NCBI GenBank assembly: GCA_024762835.1
Contig: JANTGP010000002.1
Coordinates: forward strand, 1 to 49,583
DNA: 49,583 bases
Source: Bacteroidota bacterium
Lineage (GTDB): Bacteria; Bacteroidota; Bacteroidia; Bacteroidales; M50B96
Direction of reading: 5' to 3'
Shown: positions 1 through 8,844 of the stretch, piece by piece
Position numbering within the stretch: the stretch's first letter is position 1
How the letters are laid out: each line of letters starts with the position of its first letter
Notes under the pieces: model-generated
Databases searched by the model: none
Told to the model about the DNA's origin: nothing
Seen by the model: the letters and a program-made list of their open reading frames with translations, nothing else
Made by a program: the position numbers and the translations under genes

Positions 1-45
1 TTCGGGCTTTTGTATTTTCATTTTAACCTAGTTGGCTTAGTTGTA

Positions 46-202
46 ATACCGATTAGTAAATGAACCCGATGCCTATCGGGTGAGCTTTAATTTCACCCGA
101 TAAATATCGGGTTTGTTTATTAAAGCTCTTCATTTATCTATCGGCATTTACCATTGTAGTTTTCAAAATGACATAAGGCTCATTTTGAAATACAATTGGT
201 AT
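46..202 (+). repeat. Family A nested-palindrome mosaic repeat, full copy A1 (157 bp)
   Basis: Termini ataccgatt / aattggtat are inverted. Internal hairpins: acccgatGCCTatcgggt (64-81) and acccgataAAtatcgggt (95-112), the latter capped on a 10-bp stem gagctttaat/attaaagctc (82-91/119-128). A third hairpin tttcaaaatga/tcattttgaaa lies at 161-190. Related copies at 3784-3836 and 40388-40535. Confidence 0.8.
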
Positions 203-224
203 AACCAGCCTTAAAATATTAGAG

Positions 225-1415
225 TTATTCTATAACCTTTAACTGTTTCCCTATTTTAATAAAAGCATTTATTGCTTTATCAAGATGTTCTTTGGTGTGT
301 GCTGCAGATAATTGTATCCTGATACGTGCTTGTCCTTTTGCAACAACCGGATAATAAAAACCTATTACATAAATTCCTTCATCCAATAATTTAGTGGCAA
401 ATTCTTGCGAAAGCTTAGCATCATACAACATTAAAGCAACAATAGCAGAACTTGAATTTTTAATATCAAAACCGGCAGAAATAAGTTTTTCCTTAAAATA
501 TTCAGTGTTACCCATTACTTTATCGCGTAAGTCGGTGTTTTCCGAAAGCAAGTCAAACACTTTTGATGCAGCACCAACTATTGCAGGGGATAAGGAGTTT
601 GAAAATAAATAAGGACGGGAGCGTTGACGTAACATGTCAATAATCTCTTTTCGTCCGGTGGTAAATCCACCCATTGCACCTCCAAGAGCTTTTCCAAGTG
701 TACTGGTAATAATATCTACACGCCCCATTACATTATTATATTCGTGGGTTCCTCTACCGGTTTTACCTATAAAGCCGGATGCATGGCTATCATCAACCAT
801 TACAAGAGCATCATATTTTTCAGCTAAATCACAAATTACATCTAAACGGGCAATATCTCCATCCATTGAAAAAACGCCATCGGTAACAATAATTCTAAAA
901 CGCTGCTTAGCTGCTAATTTAAGTTGAGTTTCAAGGTCTTCCATATTGCTATGCTTGTATCGGTAGCGATTAGCTTTGCTTAATCTTACACCATCAATAA
1001 TTGAAGCGTGGTTTAACTCATCTGAAATAATTGCATCATTTTCTGCAAAGAAAGGTTCAAATACTCCACCATTTGCATCAAAAGCAGCAGCATAAAGAAT
1101 GGTGTCTTCCATACCAAAGAAATCAGAAATTTTATTCTCCAGTTCTTTATGTATATCCTGTGTTCCGCAAATAAAACGTACTGACGACATACCGTATCCA
1201 TGTTCATCAAGTGCTTTCTGCGATGCTTTTATTACCTCGGGATGAGAGGACAATCCCAAATAATTATTAGCACAAAAATTAAGGACTGTCTGTCCGGTAT
1301 TTAAAGTAATCTCAGCCCCTTGGGGAGAAGTGATTATTCTTTCTCTTTTGTATAATCCGGCTTCGTCAATATTTTGAAGCTCCTTTTGTAAATATTCTTT
1401 TAGTTTACCGTACAT
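225..1415 (-). CDS. kbl: Glycine C-acetyltransferase (2-amino-3-ketobutyrate CoA ligase), PLP-dependent
   Basis: 396 aa with an ATG start. N-terminus [29 protein letters not shown] and [28 protein letters not shown] (PLP lysine) are typical of Kbl / class II aminotransferases. Confidence 0.9.
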   Translation of the reverse strand: MYGKLKEYLQKELQNIDEAGLYKRERIITSPQGAEITLNTGQTVLNFCANNYLGLSSHPEVIKASQKALDEHGYGMSSVRFICGTQDIHKELENKISDFFGMEDTILYAAAFDANGGVFEPFFAENDAIISDELNHASIIDGVRLSKANRYRYKHSNMEDLETQLKLAAKQRFRIIVTDGVFSMDGDIARLDVICDLAEKYDALVMVDDSHASGFIGKTGRGTHEYNNVMGRVDIITSTLGKALGGAMGGFTTGRKEIIDMLRQRSRPYLFSNSLSPAIVGAASKVFDLLSENTDLRDKVMGNTEYFKEKLISAGFDIKNSSSAIVALMLYDAKLSQEFATKLLDEGIYVIGFYYPVVAKGQARIRIQLSAAHTKEHLDKAINAFIKIGKQLKVIE

Positions 1416-1444
1416 GATATCTTATTATAAGTTATTTATTATTG

Positions 1445-1452
1445 CAAAAGTA
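1445..1452 (-). promoter_or_regulatory. Putative Bacteroidota -7 promoter box (tacttttg = TAnnTTTG) for kbl
   Basis: Exact TAnnTTTG match on the minus strand, 29 nt upstream of the kbl ATG. Confidence 0.4.
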
Positions 1453-1482
1453 CAAATATGTATATTAATTCAACATGCAATT

Positions 1483-2061
1483 TTAATCAAAAAACTCAAT
1501 CTCAACAAAATGAATAAGCGAATGAATTATTTTAATATGCATCTCCTGAATGCGGTCTGAATATCCGGTGTAAGGAACTCTGATTTCGACATCACATTCA
1601 TTAGCTAATTTACCACCATCATTTCCGGTTAATGCAATAACTTTTAAACCATTTTCGTGTGCTGCACGAGCTGCCTGTAGCACATTTGCAGAATTACCAC
1701 TTGTGCTGATACAAAATAACACATCGCCATCTTTACCAAAAGCCTCAACAAAACGAGAAAAGACATAGTCATAACCATAATCATTAGCAGCACAGCTTAT
1801 GTAAGCAGGATCGGAAATTGCAATAGCCGGCAACGCCTTTCTTTCTTCGCGAAATCTTCCGCTTAGTTCTTCGGCAAAATGCATTGCATCGCTCATTGAA
1901 CCACCATTCCCACAGGCAATTACCTTATTTCCGTTTTTAAATGAATCAAGTAATAAATTACCTGCCAACTCAATACTTGACCAGTTTGATTCATTACTGA
2001 TAAAATCCTTAAGTAATTGTTGTGCTTCGTTAAAATTATTCCTTATCTCTTGTCGTATCAT
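1483..2061 (-). CDS. gmhA: D-sedoheptulose 7-phosphate isomerase (SIS domain, phosphoheptose isomerase)
   Basis: 192 aa. Motifs [16 protein letters not shown] and ISTSGNS are characteristic of GmhA-type SIS proteins. Confidence 0.85.
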   Translation of the reverse strand: MIRQEIRNNFNEAQQLLKDFISNESNWSSIELAGNLLLDSFKNGNKVIACGNGGSMSDAMHFAEELSGRFREERKALPAIAISDPAYISCAANDYGYDYVFSRFVEAFGKDGDVLFCISTSGNSANVLQAARAAHENGLKVIALTGNDGGKLANECDVEIRVPYTGYSDRIQEMHIKIIHSLIHFVEIEFFD

Positions 2062-2077
2062 AAAATGATGTTTTATG

Positions 2078-2085
2078 CAAATGTA
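2078..2085 (-). promoter_or_regulatory. Putative -7 promoter box (tacatttg) for gmhA
   Basis: Exact TAnnTTTG on the minus strand, 16 nt upstream of the gmhA ATG (2061). Confidence 0.4.
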
Positions 2086-2244
2086 AGATTTTTCGTTTAC
2101 AAAATCACTATTCTTAAATTTGTCATGACGAATAAATCACAATTATAAATTACCTATTCTGCTAATGTGTTATGACAATCCAATCCAAAAACAAAAAATA
2201 AAAACCGTGATGTTTAAAAGGCTCGTAAATGACAGAATAATATT

Positions 2245-2252
2245 TAATTTTG
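2245..2252 (+). promoter_or_regulatory. Putative -7 promoter box (taattttg) for rdgB
   Basis: Exact TAnnTTTG. The ORF-track start at 2250 is the TTG of this box, so the real start must be a downstream ATG (2271 or 2286). Confidence 0.4.
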
Positions 2253-2285
2253 AATCTTGAAATAAACATAATGAAATTAAAGATT

Positions 2286-2873
2286 ATGAAATTAGTTTTT
2301 GCAACAAATAATAAACATAAACTTGCAGAGATACAGCAAGTACTGGGAGATAAGTTTGAAATTATCAGTCTGAAAGACTTAAACTTTTCGGAAGATATTC
2401 CTGAGCCACATGACAGTCTGGAAGACAATGCAAGAGAAAAATCAAGTTTCGTTTATAATAGATTTAAAATGAATTGTTTTGCTGATGATACCGGTTTGGA
2501 AATAGAAGCTCTTAACGGAGAGCCGGGTGTTTATGCCGCAAGATATGCAGGTGAAAATCCGAGCTATGATGATAATATGAATAAGGTTCTCGAAAATTTA
2601 AAAGGAATTGAAAACCGGAAAGCACGTTTTCGCACAGTTGTTTCTCTTATTATTGATGGTAAAGAATTTCAGTTTGAAGGTATTGTTGAAGGAAAAATAC
2701 TTAAAGAAAAACATGGGGATGCAGGTTTTGGATACGACCCTATCTTTATGCCTGATGGTTATAATCAGAGTTTTGCACAGATGTCGCATAATATTAAAAA
2801 CAAAATTAGCCACAGAGGCAAGGCTATTGAAAAACTAATAGCTTTTTTAAGATTAAACTACGGTAGCAAGTAA
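2286..2873 (+). CDS. rdgB: Non-canonical purine NTP pyrophosphatase (RdgB/HAM1 family, dITP/XTP pyrophosphatase)
   Basis: [35 protein letters not shown] and SHRGKA motifs. Start set at ATG 2286, where family N-termini normally begin; ATG 2271 is an alternative. Confidence 0.88.
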   Translation: MKLVFATNNKHKLAEIQQVLGDKFEIISLKDLNFSEDIPEPHDSLEDNAREKSSFVYNRFKMNCFADDTGLEIEALNGEPGVYAARYAGENPSYDDNMNKVLENLKGIENRKARFRTVVSLIIDGKEFQFEGIVEGKILKEKHGDAGFGYDPIFMPDGYNQSFAQMSHNIKNKISHRGKAIEKLIAFLRLNYGSK

Positions 2874-2886
2874 CTTCAATATCAAT

Positions 2887-3750
2887 TTACGAAGTTAGGT
2901 CTTTTAAGCTCTCATCAATAGTTGGAAACTGAAACTTAAAACCCGCCGTGCTAAGTCTGTCTGAAGTAACCTTAGCTGTATTAATCACCACATCAGCAGC
3001 TTTCCCGTAACGAAGTCTCAAAACAAATTCAGGTACTATCATAAAGCCGGGACGATTCAAAGCCTTACTGAGCTTTTTAGTAAACTCCTTATTAGTAACC
3101 GGATTTGGGGCACACAAATTATAAATTCCCTGTGTTTCGCCATTTTGCATAAAAAGATCAATTGCAGCTACTAAATCCTTGATGTGTATAAACGAGAACC
3201 ACATTCTCCCTTTGCCAATTCTACCTCCAAGTCCGATTTTGAATGGTCTCAACATTTTTTTATAAGCTCCACCTGATTTGCCAAGAACGATACCCATCCT
3301 CATAATAATAAGCCTGACATTGACTAAATCAGCAGCTTTCATATTGGCATTTTCCCATGTTTTTACAAGATTTGCCAAATAATTATCAGCCAAAATATTA
3401 TTATCCTCGGTATGATTAGTATCACCGGCAGCATAAATTCCTATTGCCGAACTGGCAATGTAAAGCCGGGGTCTGTCTTTTAGCAGTTTAAAAGCAGTAA
3501 GTATTTTATCTGTAGTTTCAATACGACTCTTATACAGTTTTGCTTTATGCGAAGATGTCCATCTATGAAGAATCGGTGCACCTGCAAGATTAATAAATAC
3601 ATCAGCTTCTCTGAATATTTCTTTAAAATCGTGAATATTTAACTTGTAATACTTTCGCGAAATAAAAACCACATCGTAGTCGAGTTTCTCAAAATGAGAA
3701 CTTAAGACCCTTCCTATAAAACCGTGAGCACCACTTAAAACAATTTTCAT
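2887..3750 (-). CDS. TIGR01777/YfcH-like epimerase family protein (SDR fold with DUF1731-type C-terminus)
   Basis: 287 aa. N-terminal Rossmann motif SGAHGFIGR. C-terminal GLGGRIGKGRMWFSFIHIKDL...NLCAPNPVTNKEF...GFKFQFP resembles the YfcH family. Confidence 0.8.
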   Translation of the reverse strand: MKIVLSGAHGFIGRVLSSHFEKLDYDVVFISRKYYKLNIHDFKEIFREADVFINLAGAPILHRWTSSHKAKLYKSRIETTDKILTAFKLLKDRPRLYIASSAIGIYAAGDTNHTEDNNILADNYLANLVKTWENANMKAADLVNVRLIIMRMGIVLGKSGGAYKKMLRPFKIGLGGRIGKGRMWFSFIHIKDLVAAIDLFMQNGETQGIYNLCAPNPVTNKEFTKKLSKALNRPGFMIVPEFVLRLRYGKAADVVINTAKVTSDRLSTAGFKFQFPTIDESLKDLTS

Positions 3751-3783
3751 TTCTCAGTTATATGTTCTTATGTTAAGAGCTTG

Positions 3784-3836
3784 TACCGATTAGTAAATGA
3801 ACCCGGTAGGCATCGGGTTTGAAATACAATTGGTAT
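3784..3836 (+). repeat. Family A repeat, 53-bp minimal copy A2
   Basis: taccgattagtaaatgaa + acccggtAGGCatcgggt + ttgaaatacaattggtat. This equals the left 19 nt and right 18 nt of A1 joined through a single hairpin that is the reverse complement of the A1 hairpin (loop AGGC versus GCCT). Confidence 0.75.
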
Positions 3837-3961
3837 TAAACCTGCTATTCAACAATAAATTAATATACGACACAAAAATATTTTAAAATATCAGTGTCAA
3901 CAAGAACATAGCATTTTTTAAATACATTATTTATAAACAAATGGATGTTAAGAATCTCTGC

Positions 3962-6898
3962 TTAATCAATCAATGCATTGTAAAGAACTTCAATAGGGTG
4001 AAGAGCATTTCTGGATGTTCCGTCTTCAATTTGATGACGACAACTTGTACCCGGAGCTACAATAATTACATCATCATCTGTTTTTCTTATTTCAGGAAAT
4101 AAAACCAACTCGCCAATTTTTTGAGAGAGCTCATAATGTTCCTTTTCGTATCCAAATGAACCGGCCATTCCGCAACAGCCCGAAGGAATTTCATCAACTT
4201 CATAGTTTTCGGGCAATGACAAAAGTTTAAGTGTAGAACTTGTTGAAGCAATAGCTTTTTGGTGACAATGACCATGTAACTTTATTTTAAGCTTTTCTTT
4301 GGTAAATGATTCTTTGCGAATATGCCCTCTGTCAATTTCACGTGCAATAAACTCGTCAATCATCATGGCATTTTTAGCCAACTGTTTAGCATCTTCTTTT
4401 AATCTTTGGTCCGCAAAGTCAATATATTCATCCCGAAAGGAAAGAATAGCAGATGGCTCTATCCCCACAAGAGGTGTGTACTCAGAAATTTTACTTTTCA
4501 GTAATAGTATGTTTTGTTGTGCAATTTTTTTTGCTGTTCGTATTAAACCTTTTGAAATATATGTACGTCCCGATTCCAAATGATTTGGAAGAATTACTTT
4601 GTAACCCAATTTATTAAGTAATAAAATGGCTTTAATACCAAGCTCACTATCATTAAAATTTGTAAACTCATCATTAAATAAATATACCGTTCCATTTTTA
4701 TAATACTCCGATTTGTCGATATTCTTTTTTGCCCATTTTTTTAGTGTTGTCTCATAGAGCATTGGTATTCTTCGCTTACCTGAAAAACCAATAAGTTTAC
4801 TAAATAACTTTGAAGTACTTTTATTTGATAAAATGAAATTCGTAATTTGCGGTACAAAAGCAAGAAAACGATTTATTCGCGGCAAGTATGCAATTAGCCT
4901 TGTGCGAACAGGGATTCCGTTTGTGTCGTAAAAATGCTGCAGGAACTCTGCTTTAAGTTTAGCCACATCAACACTCGAAGGACATTCCGATTTGCAAGCC
5001 TTGCAAGAAAGGCACAATTCCATTGTTTCATATATCTCCTGATGGTCGAAAGGATTCGGATTTGTAGAGTGCGAAAGATATTCACGTAAGACATTTGCTC
5101 TTGCCCGTGTCACATGGTTCTCATCGCGTGTAGCCTGATATGAAGGACACATCGTTCCACCAATTAAATGAGACTTACGGCAATCGCCTGAGCCTGTACA
5201 TTTCTCAGCAGCACCAAGAATCCCATTAGTTTCTGAGAAATCGTAAACTGTCTTTATTTTTCTGTTTATTTGTTCTTCACCGTACCGCAGATGCGTGTTC
5301 ATTACCGGTGTATCAACAATTTTGTTTGGATTGAAAATATTATTGGGGTCCCATGTCTTTTTCAGCTCTTTTAATATCCCGTATATTTTATCACCAAGCA
5401 TTAAAGGAATAAATTCGCCACGTAAACGGCCATCGCCATGTTCGCCACTTAATGAGCCCTTATATTTTTTTACCAGTTTAGCAGATTCATAAGCAATAGT
5501 ATGAAACAGCTCCCTGTCTTTCTTGTCTTTAAGATTTAAAACAGGACGTAAATGCAGCTCTCCGGTTGCAATATGTGCATAATACACGCAGCTTAGATTA
5601 TATTTCTCAAGAATAGTATTGAACTCTGAAATATAATTAGGCAAGAGCTCAGGTTTAACAGCTGTATCCTCGGTAACGGGTACCGGCTTTGCATCACCCT
5701 TCATATTTGATAAGACTCCAAGGCCTGCTTTTCGTAAAGCCCAAACTTTTGCTATGTTTTCTCCTTCAACTATTGGGAAGTGATATCCAAAACCTGCTTC
5801 GAGCATATCTGCCTGCAATGCCTCTGCTTTTTTGTAAATAAGAGCTTTATCATTCTCAGCAAATTCAACAATCAGTACAGCTCCGGGGTCACCTTTTATA
5901 AAAAAGCGATTACGATTTTGTTCTCTGTTCCCTTTAGTTAAATCCATAATTGCCTTGTCCATAAGCTCAACCGAAACAGGCTTATGTTTTAAAGCAATAA
6001 TATTGGCACGCAATGCATCGGAAACTGTATTTAGATGAACACAAATCAAAGCATTATTTACAGGTGGCAGCTCAACAAGATTTAGTTTAATCTCTGTTGT
6101 GAAGGCAAGAGTACCCTCCGAGCCGGCAAGTAATTTTGAGAAATTAAAATTATTGTCACTTTCGCCAAAAGCATTTGAATCTGCAAGTAAATCAATAGCA
6201 TAACCCGTGTTACGTCTTTTTATACTTTTATCGGGATATTGATTTTCAATTTCCGATCTTATATTCTCATTACTTAGTATTGATTCAATATTGCGATAAA
6301 TATCACCTTCGAGAGTATTAAGTTTCAGTTTGTCGGTAAATCCGGATTTTGTCAATTCACCAAACACCACTTCAGAGCCATCGCTTAATAATGTTTTCAC
6401 AGACAGAGTATGGTCACGAGTACTTCCGTAAACCAAGGAGTGTGCCCCACATGAATTATTTCCAAGCATTCCGCCAATCATACAACGATTTGAGGTAGAA
6501 GTTTCGGGTGCAAAAAACAATCCTTTGGGTTTTAAGAGCATATTTAATTCGTCAAGTACAACCCCCGGCTCAACACGTACCCATTTTTCCTCTTCATTTA
6601 TCTCAATTATTTGAGTCATATACTTCGACACATCCACAATAATACCTGCCCCTACAACTTGTCCGGCTAATGATGTTCCGGCAGTACGCGGTATTAAAGA
6701 GCTTTTGTAACGATTGGCAAATTTGATCAGCAATTTAATATCATCTTTATCTTTGGGGCGAGTAACTGCAATTGGAATTTCGCGATAAGCGGAAGAGTCG
6801 GTAGCATAAAGAATACGCATCTTATTATCGACAAAAATATCACCTTTAAAAGAGCTTCGCAGTCTCTGCAGTTTATTATGTATTTCTTCGTATTGCAT
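3962..6898 (-). CDS. FAD-binding oxidase fused to 4Fe-4S and CCG (cysteine-rich) domains, YdiJ-like (possible D-2-hydroxyacid dehydrogenase)
   Basis: ~978 aa from ATG 6898; the ORF-track start 6964 is a TTG. N-terminal FAD PCMH-type region (RTAGTSLAGQ), central CxxCxxCxxxCP ferredoxin-like motif (CLSCKACKSECPS), and C-terminal CCG-type cysteines (SGCCGMAG). This is the same three-part layout as E. coli YdiJ. Confidence 0.75.
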   Translation of the reverse strand: MQYEEIHNKLQRLRSSFKGDIFVDNKMRILYATDSSAYREIPIAVTRPKDKDDIKLLIKFANRYKSSLIPRTAGTSLAGQVVGAGIIVDVSKYMTQIIEINEEEKWVRVEPGVVLDELNMLLKPKGLFFAPETSTSNRCMIGGMLGNNSCGAHSLVYGSTRDHTLSVKTLLSDGSEVVFGELTKSGFTDKLKLNTLEGDIYRNIESILSNENIRSEIENQYPDKSIKRRNTGYAIDLLADSNAFGESDNNFNFSKLLAGSEGTLAFTTEIKLNLVELPPVNNALICVHLNTVSDALRANIIALKHKPVSVELMDKAIMDLTKGNREQNRNRFFIKGDPGAVLIVEFAENDKALIYKKAEALQADMLEAGFGYHFPIVEGENIAKVWALRKAGLGVLSNMKGDAKPVPVTEDTAVKPELLPNYISEFNTILEKYNLSCVYYAHIATGELHLRPVLNLKDKKDRELFHTIAYESAKLVKKYKGSLSGEHGDGRLRGEFIPLMLGDKIYGILKELKKTWDPNNIFNPNKIVDTPVMNTHLRYGEEQINRKIKTVYDFSETNGILGAAEKCTGSGDCRKSHLIGGTMCPSYQATRDENHVTRARANVLREYLSHSTNPNPFDHQEIYETMELCLSCKACKSECPSSVDVAKLKAEFLQHFYDTNGIPVRTRLIAYLPRINRFLAFVPQITNFILSNKSTSKLFSKLIGFSGKRRIPMLYETTLKKWAKKNIDKSEYYKNGTVYLFNDEFTNFNDSELGIKAILLLNKLGYKVILPNHLESGRTYISKGLIRTAKKIAQQNILLLKSKISEYTPLVGIEPSAILSFRDEYIDFADQRLKEDAKQLAKNAMMIDEFIAREIDRGHIRKESFTKEKLKIKLHGHCHQKAIASTSSTLKLLSLPENYEVDEIPSGCCGMAGSFGYEKEHYELSQKIGELVLFPEIRKTDDDVIIVAPGTSCRHQIEDGTSRNALHPIEVLYNALID

Positions 6899-6916
6899 GT
6901 GTGTGTTTTGTGAATG

Positions 6917-6924
6917 CAAATATA
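6917..6924 (-). promoter_or_regulatory. Putative -7 promoter box (tatatttg) for the FAD/Fe-S oxidase gene
   Basis: Exact TAnnTTTG on the minus strand, 18 nt upstream of ATG 6898. Confidence 0.4.
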
Positions 6925-7212
6925 TTATTTTAATGGTACAATGACTTAATGATACAATGTACAATATACAATAATGTAATTATGTAGTGGTGCAATTGTT
7001 TAATAGGGTTATTCCATATTGCATTAACAAATACGAAATCCATATCCGGTCAGAAAGTTTACTTAGTCCTTAATAAAAGTGGCGTACAGTTCCGGTAACC
7101 ACACTGTAGTTTTTCAATATCAACCATCAATAATAATTTCAACTCTTCATTATACATCAGTAATTTTTCTTAGTTTTACACATTGAAGTTTTTTACTTAA
7201 GTTATAAATATT

Positions 7213-8319
7213 ATGTCAGCTTTTAAGGATATAATTCCTTTAAATGAATGGTTTAGTGAGTTTGTAGATTTACCTCTTATTATTGCAGGCCCCTGTAGTG
7301 CCGAAACCGAGAGACAAGTTTTAGAAACTGCCACAGAAATAGCCGCATCAAACAAAGTAAAAGTTTTTCGTGCAGGTATCTGGAAACCCCGTACACGTCC
7401 CGGAAGCTTTGAAGGTATTGGTAAAGAAGGATTAAAATGGCTTGAAAAAGTTAAAGCCGAAACAAACTTGCTTACAACAGTTGAAGTTGCAAATCCTAAA
7501 CATATTGAGCTGTGTCTTAAACATAATGTGGATATTTTATGGATAGGTGCCAGAACAACTGCAAACCCTTTTTCTGTTCAAGAACTTGCTAATGCATTGA
7601 AAGGCGTTGATGTACCTGTTATGATAAAAAATCCTGTCAACCCTGACATTAATTCATGGATAGGTGCTATTGAAAGACTTTACAAAACCGGACTAAGAAA
7701 ATTGGCTGCAATACATCGGGGCTTCTACCCTTTTGAAGAAACTTATCTTAGAAATATCCCAAAATGGGAACTTATTATTGAATTGCTTCGTAAATATCCC
7801 GGACTTCCTGTATTATCAGACCCGAGTCATATTTCGGGCTCACCGGAATATATTCAGGAAATATCTCAAAAAGCTTTAGACTTAAACATTAAAGGCTTAA
7901 TGATAGAAACACATATCAATCCTGAGCAGGCATTAAGTGATAGCCAACAACAAGTTACACCGGCTGAACTGGATATTATTTTAAGTAATCTTAACTACAG
8001 AAAGCAATTAACACCCAACTCAGCTTTTGCAGATATTTTAGAACAATACAGAGAAAAAATTGATTCAATAGATACACAAATGTTGGAGCTGCTTGCCCAA
8101 AGAATGGAAGTAATTGACGATATTGGTAAATATAAGTCAGAACATAACATAACTATTTTGCAATTACGAAGGTGGGAAAGAATTATCCAAACGCGGAGTA
8201 AGCTTGGCGAAAGACTAGGATTAAATAAAGATTTCATTCTTAAAATTCTACAACTTGTACATAAAGAATCAATTCAAAAGCAAGCTCAGATAATGAACAA
8301 AATTAAGAAGGATATTTAA
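7213..8319 (+). CDS. Bifunctional 3-deoxy-7-phosphoheptulonate (DAHP) synthase / chorismate mutase type II
   Basis: 368 aa. The N-terminal ~270 aa is a KDO8P/DAHP synthase I-beta-like TIM barrel (IAGPCSAE, GIWKPRTRP, DILWIGARTT, SDPSH). The C-terminal ~90 aa is a CM type II helix bundle (REKIDSIDTQMLELLAQRMEV). Confidence 0.85.
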   Translation: MSAFKDIIPLNEWFSEFVDLPLIIAGPCSAETERQVLETATEIAASNKVKVFRAGIWKPRTRPGSFEGIGKEGLKWLEKVKAETNLLTTVEVANPKHIELCLKHNVDILWIGARTTANPFSVQELANALKGVDVPVMIKNPVNPDINSWIGAIERLYKTGLRKLAAIHRGFYPFEETYLRNIPKWELIIELLRKYPGLPVLSDPSHISGSPEYIQEISQKALDLNIKGLMIETHINPEQALSDSQQQVTPAELDIILSNLNYRKQLTPNSAFADILEQYREKIDSIDTQMLELLAQRMEVIDDIGKYKSEHNITILQLRRWERIIQTRSKLGERLGLNKDFILKILQLVHKESIQKQAQIMNKIKKDI

Positions 8320-8348
8320 AGGATATTTTATTTATTGCTTTTTTACGA

Positions 8349-8714
8349 CTATGCCCAATCTTTCTTTTTAACAATTAATATTCTGTTGCTATCGGGCAAA
8401 TAGCGGTAGCCATAATCATAACAAAAGTAGTAGATGTCGTCTTTTCTGGTTTTATAGATATTAGTGAAAAAAGAAAAGTCAAAACCTCCGGATGAAAGTT
8501 TCAATTTATCGATGGTAATTTTTCCGTCAGGACACAACTTCTCTAATATGTTTCTATTGCTGTGGAGTATTTTATCAATCTTGCTTATCTGTTTTAGATG
8601 TTCCGATTTCTTTTTGTTGTTATAATCGTTTCTACAATAATCCGAGCAAAACTTTTTATCACTTCGGCCGTGAATAATCTCACCACAAGCCAGGCATCTT
8701 CTTTTTTCGTCCAT
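8349..8714 (-). CDS. Hypothetical zinc-ribbon protein
   Basis: 121 aa from ATG 8714. N-terminal CxxC...CxxxC (CLACGE..FCSDYC) followed by a basic stretch. The ORF-track extension to 8738 starts on the TTG of the promoter box. Confidence 0.6.
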   Translation of the reverse strand: MDEKRRCLACGEIIHGRSDKKFCSDYCRNDYNNKKKSEHLKQISKIDKILHSNRNILEKLCPDGKITIDKLKLSSGGFDFSFFTNIYKTRKDDIYYFCYDYGYRYLPDSNRILIVKKKDWA

Positions 8715-8735
8715 AATAAGCAAGTTTATTGCTAT

Positions 8736-8743
8736 CAAAAATA
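8736..8743 (-). promoter_or_regulatory. Putative -7 promoter box (tatttttg) for the zinc-ribbon gene
   Basis: Exact TAnnTTTG on the minus strand, 21 nt upstream of ATG 8714. Confidence 0.4.
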
Positions 8744-8844
8744 AGAAAATTTACCGGATTATTAATAATATCTTCATACAATGGCTTACCAAACTAAATT
8801 ACCTAAATGTTTTTCCGGTACAAATTCGCTGGCAGAACCATTAT

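Noticed and set aside
7079-7115. Interleaved complementary segments (GTGG..TACAG..CCAC..CTGTA) suggesting a pseudoknot or leader upstream of the DAHP synthase/chorismate mutase gene
   Set aside because: The stems are only 4-5 bp. There is no associated aromatic-rich leader peptide or terminator, and the pattern is not distinguishable from chance.
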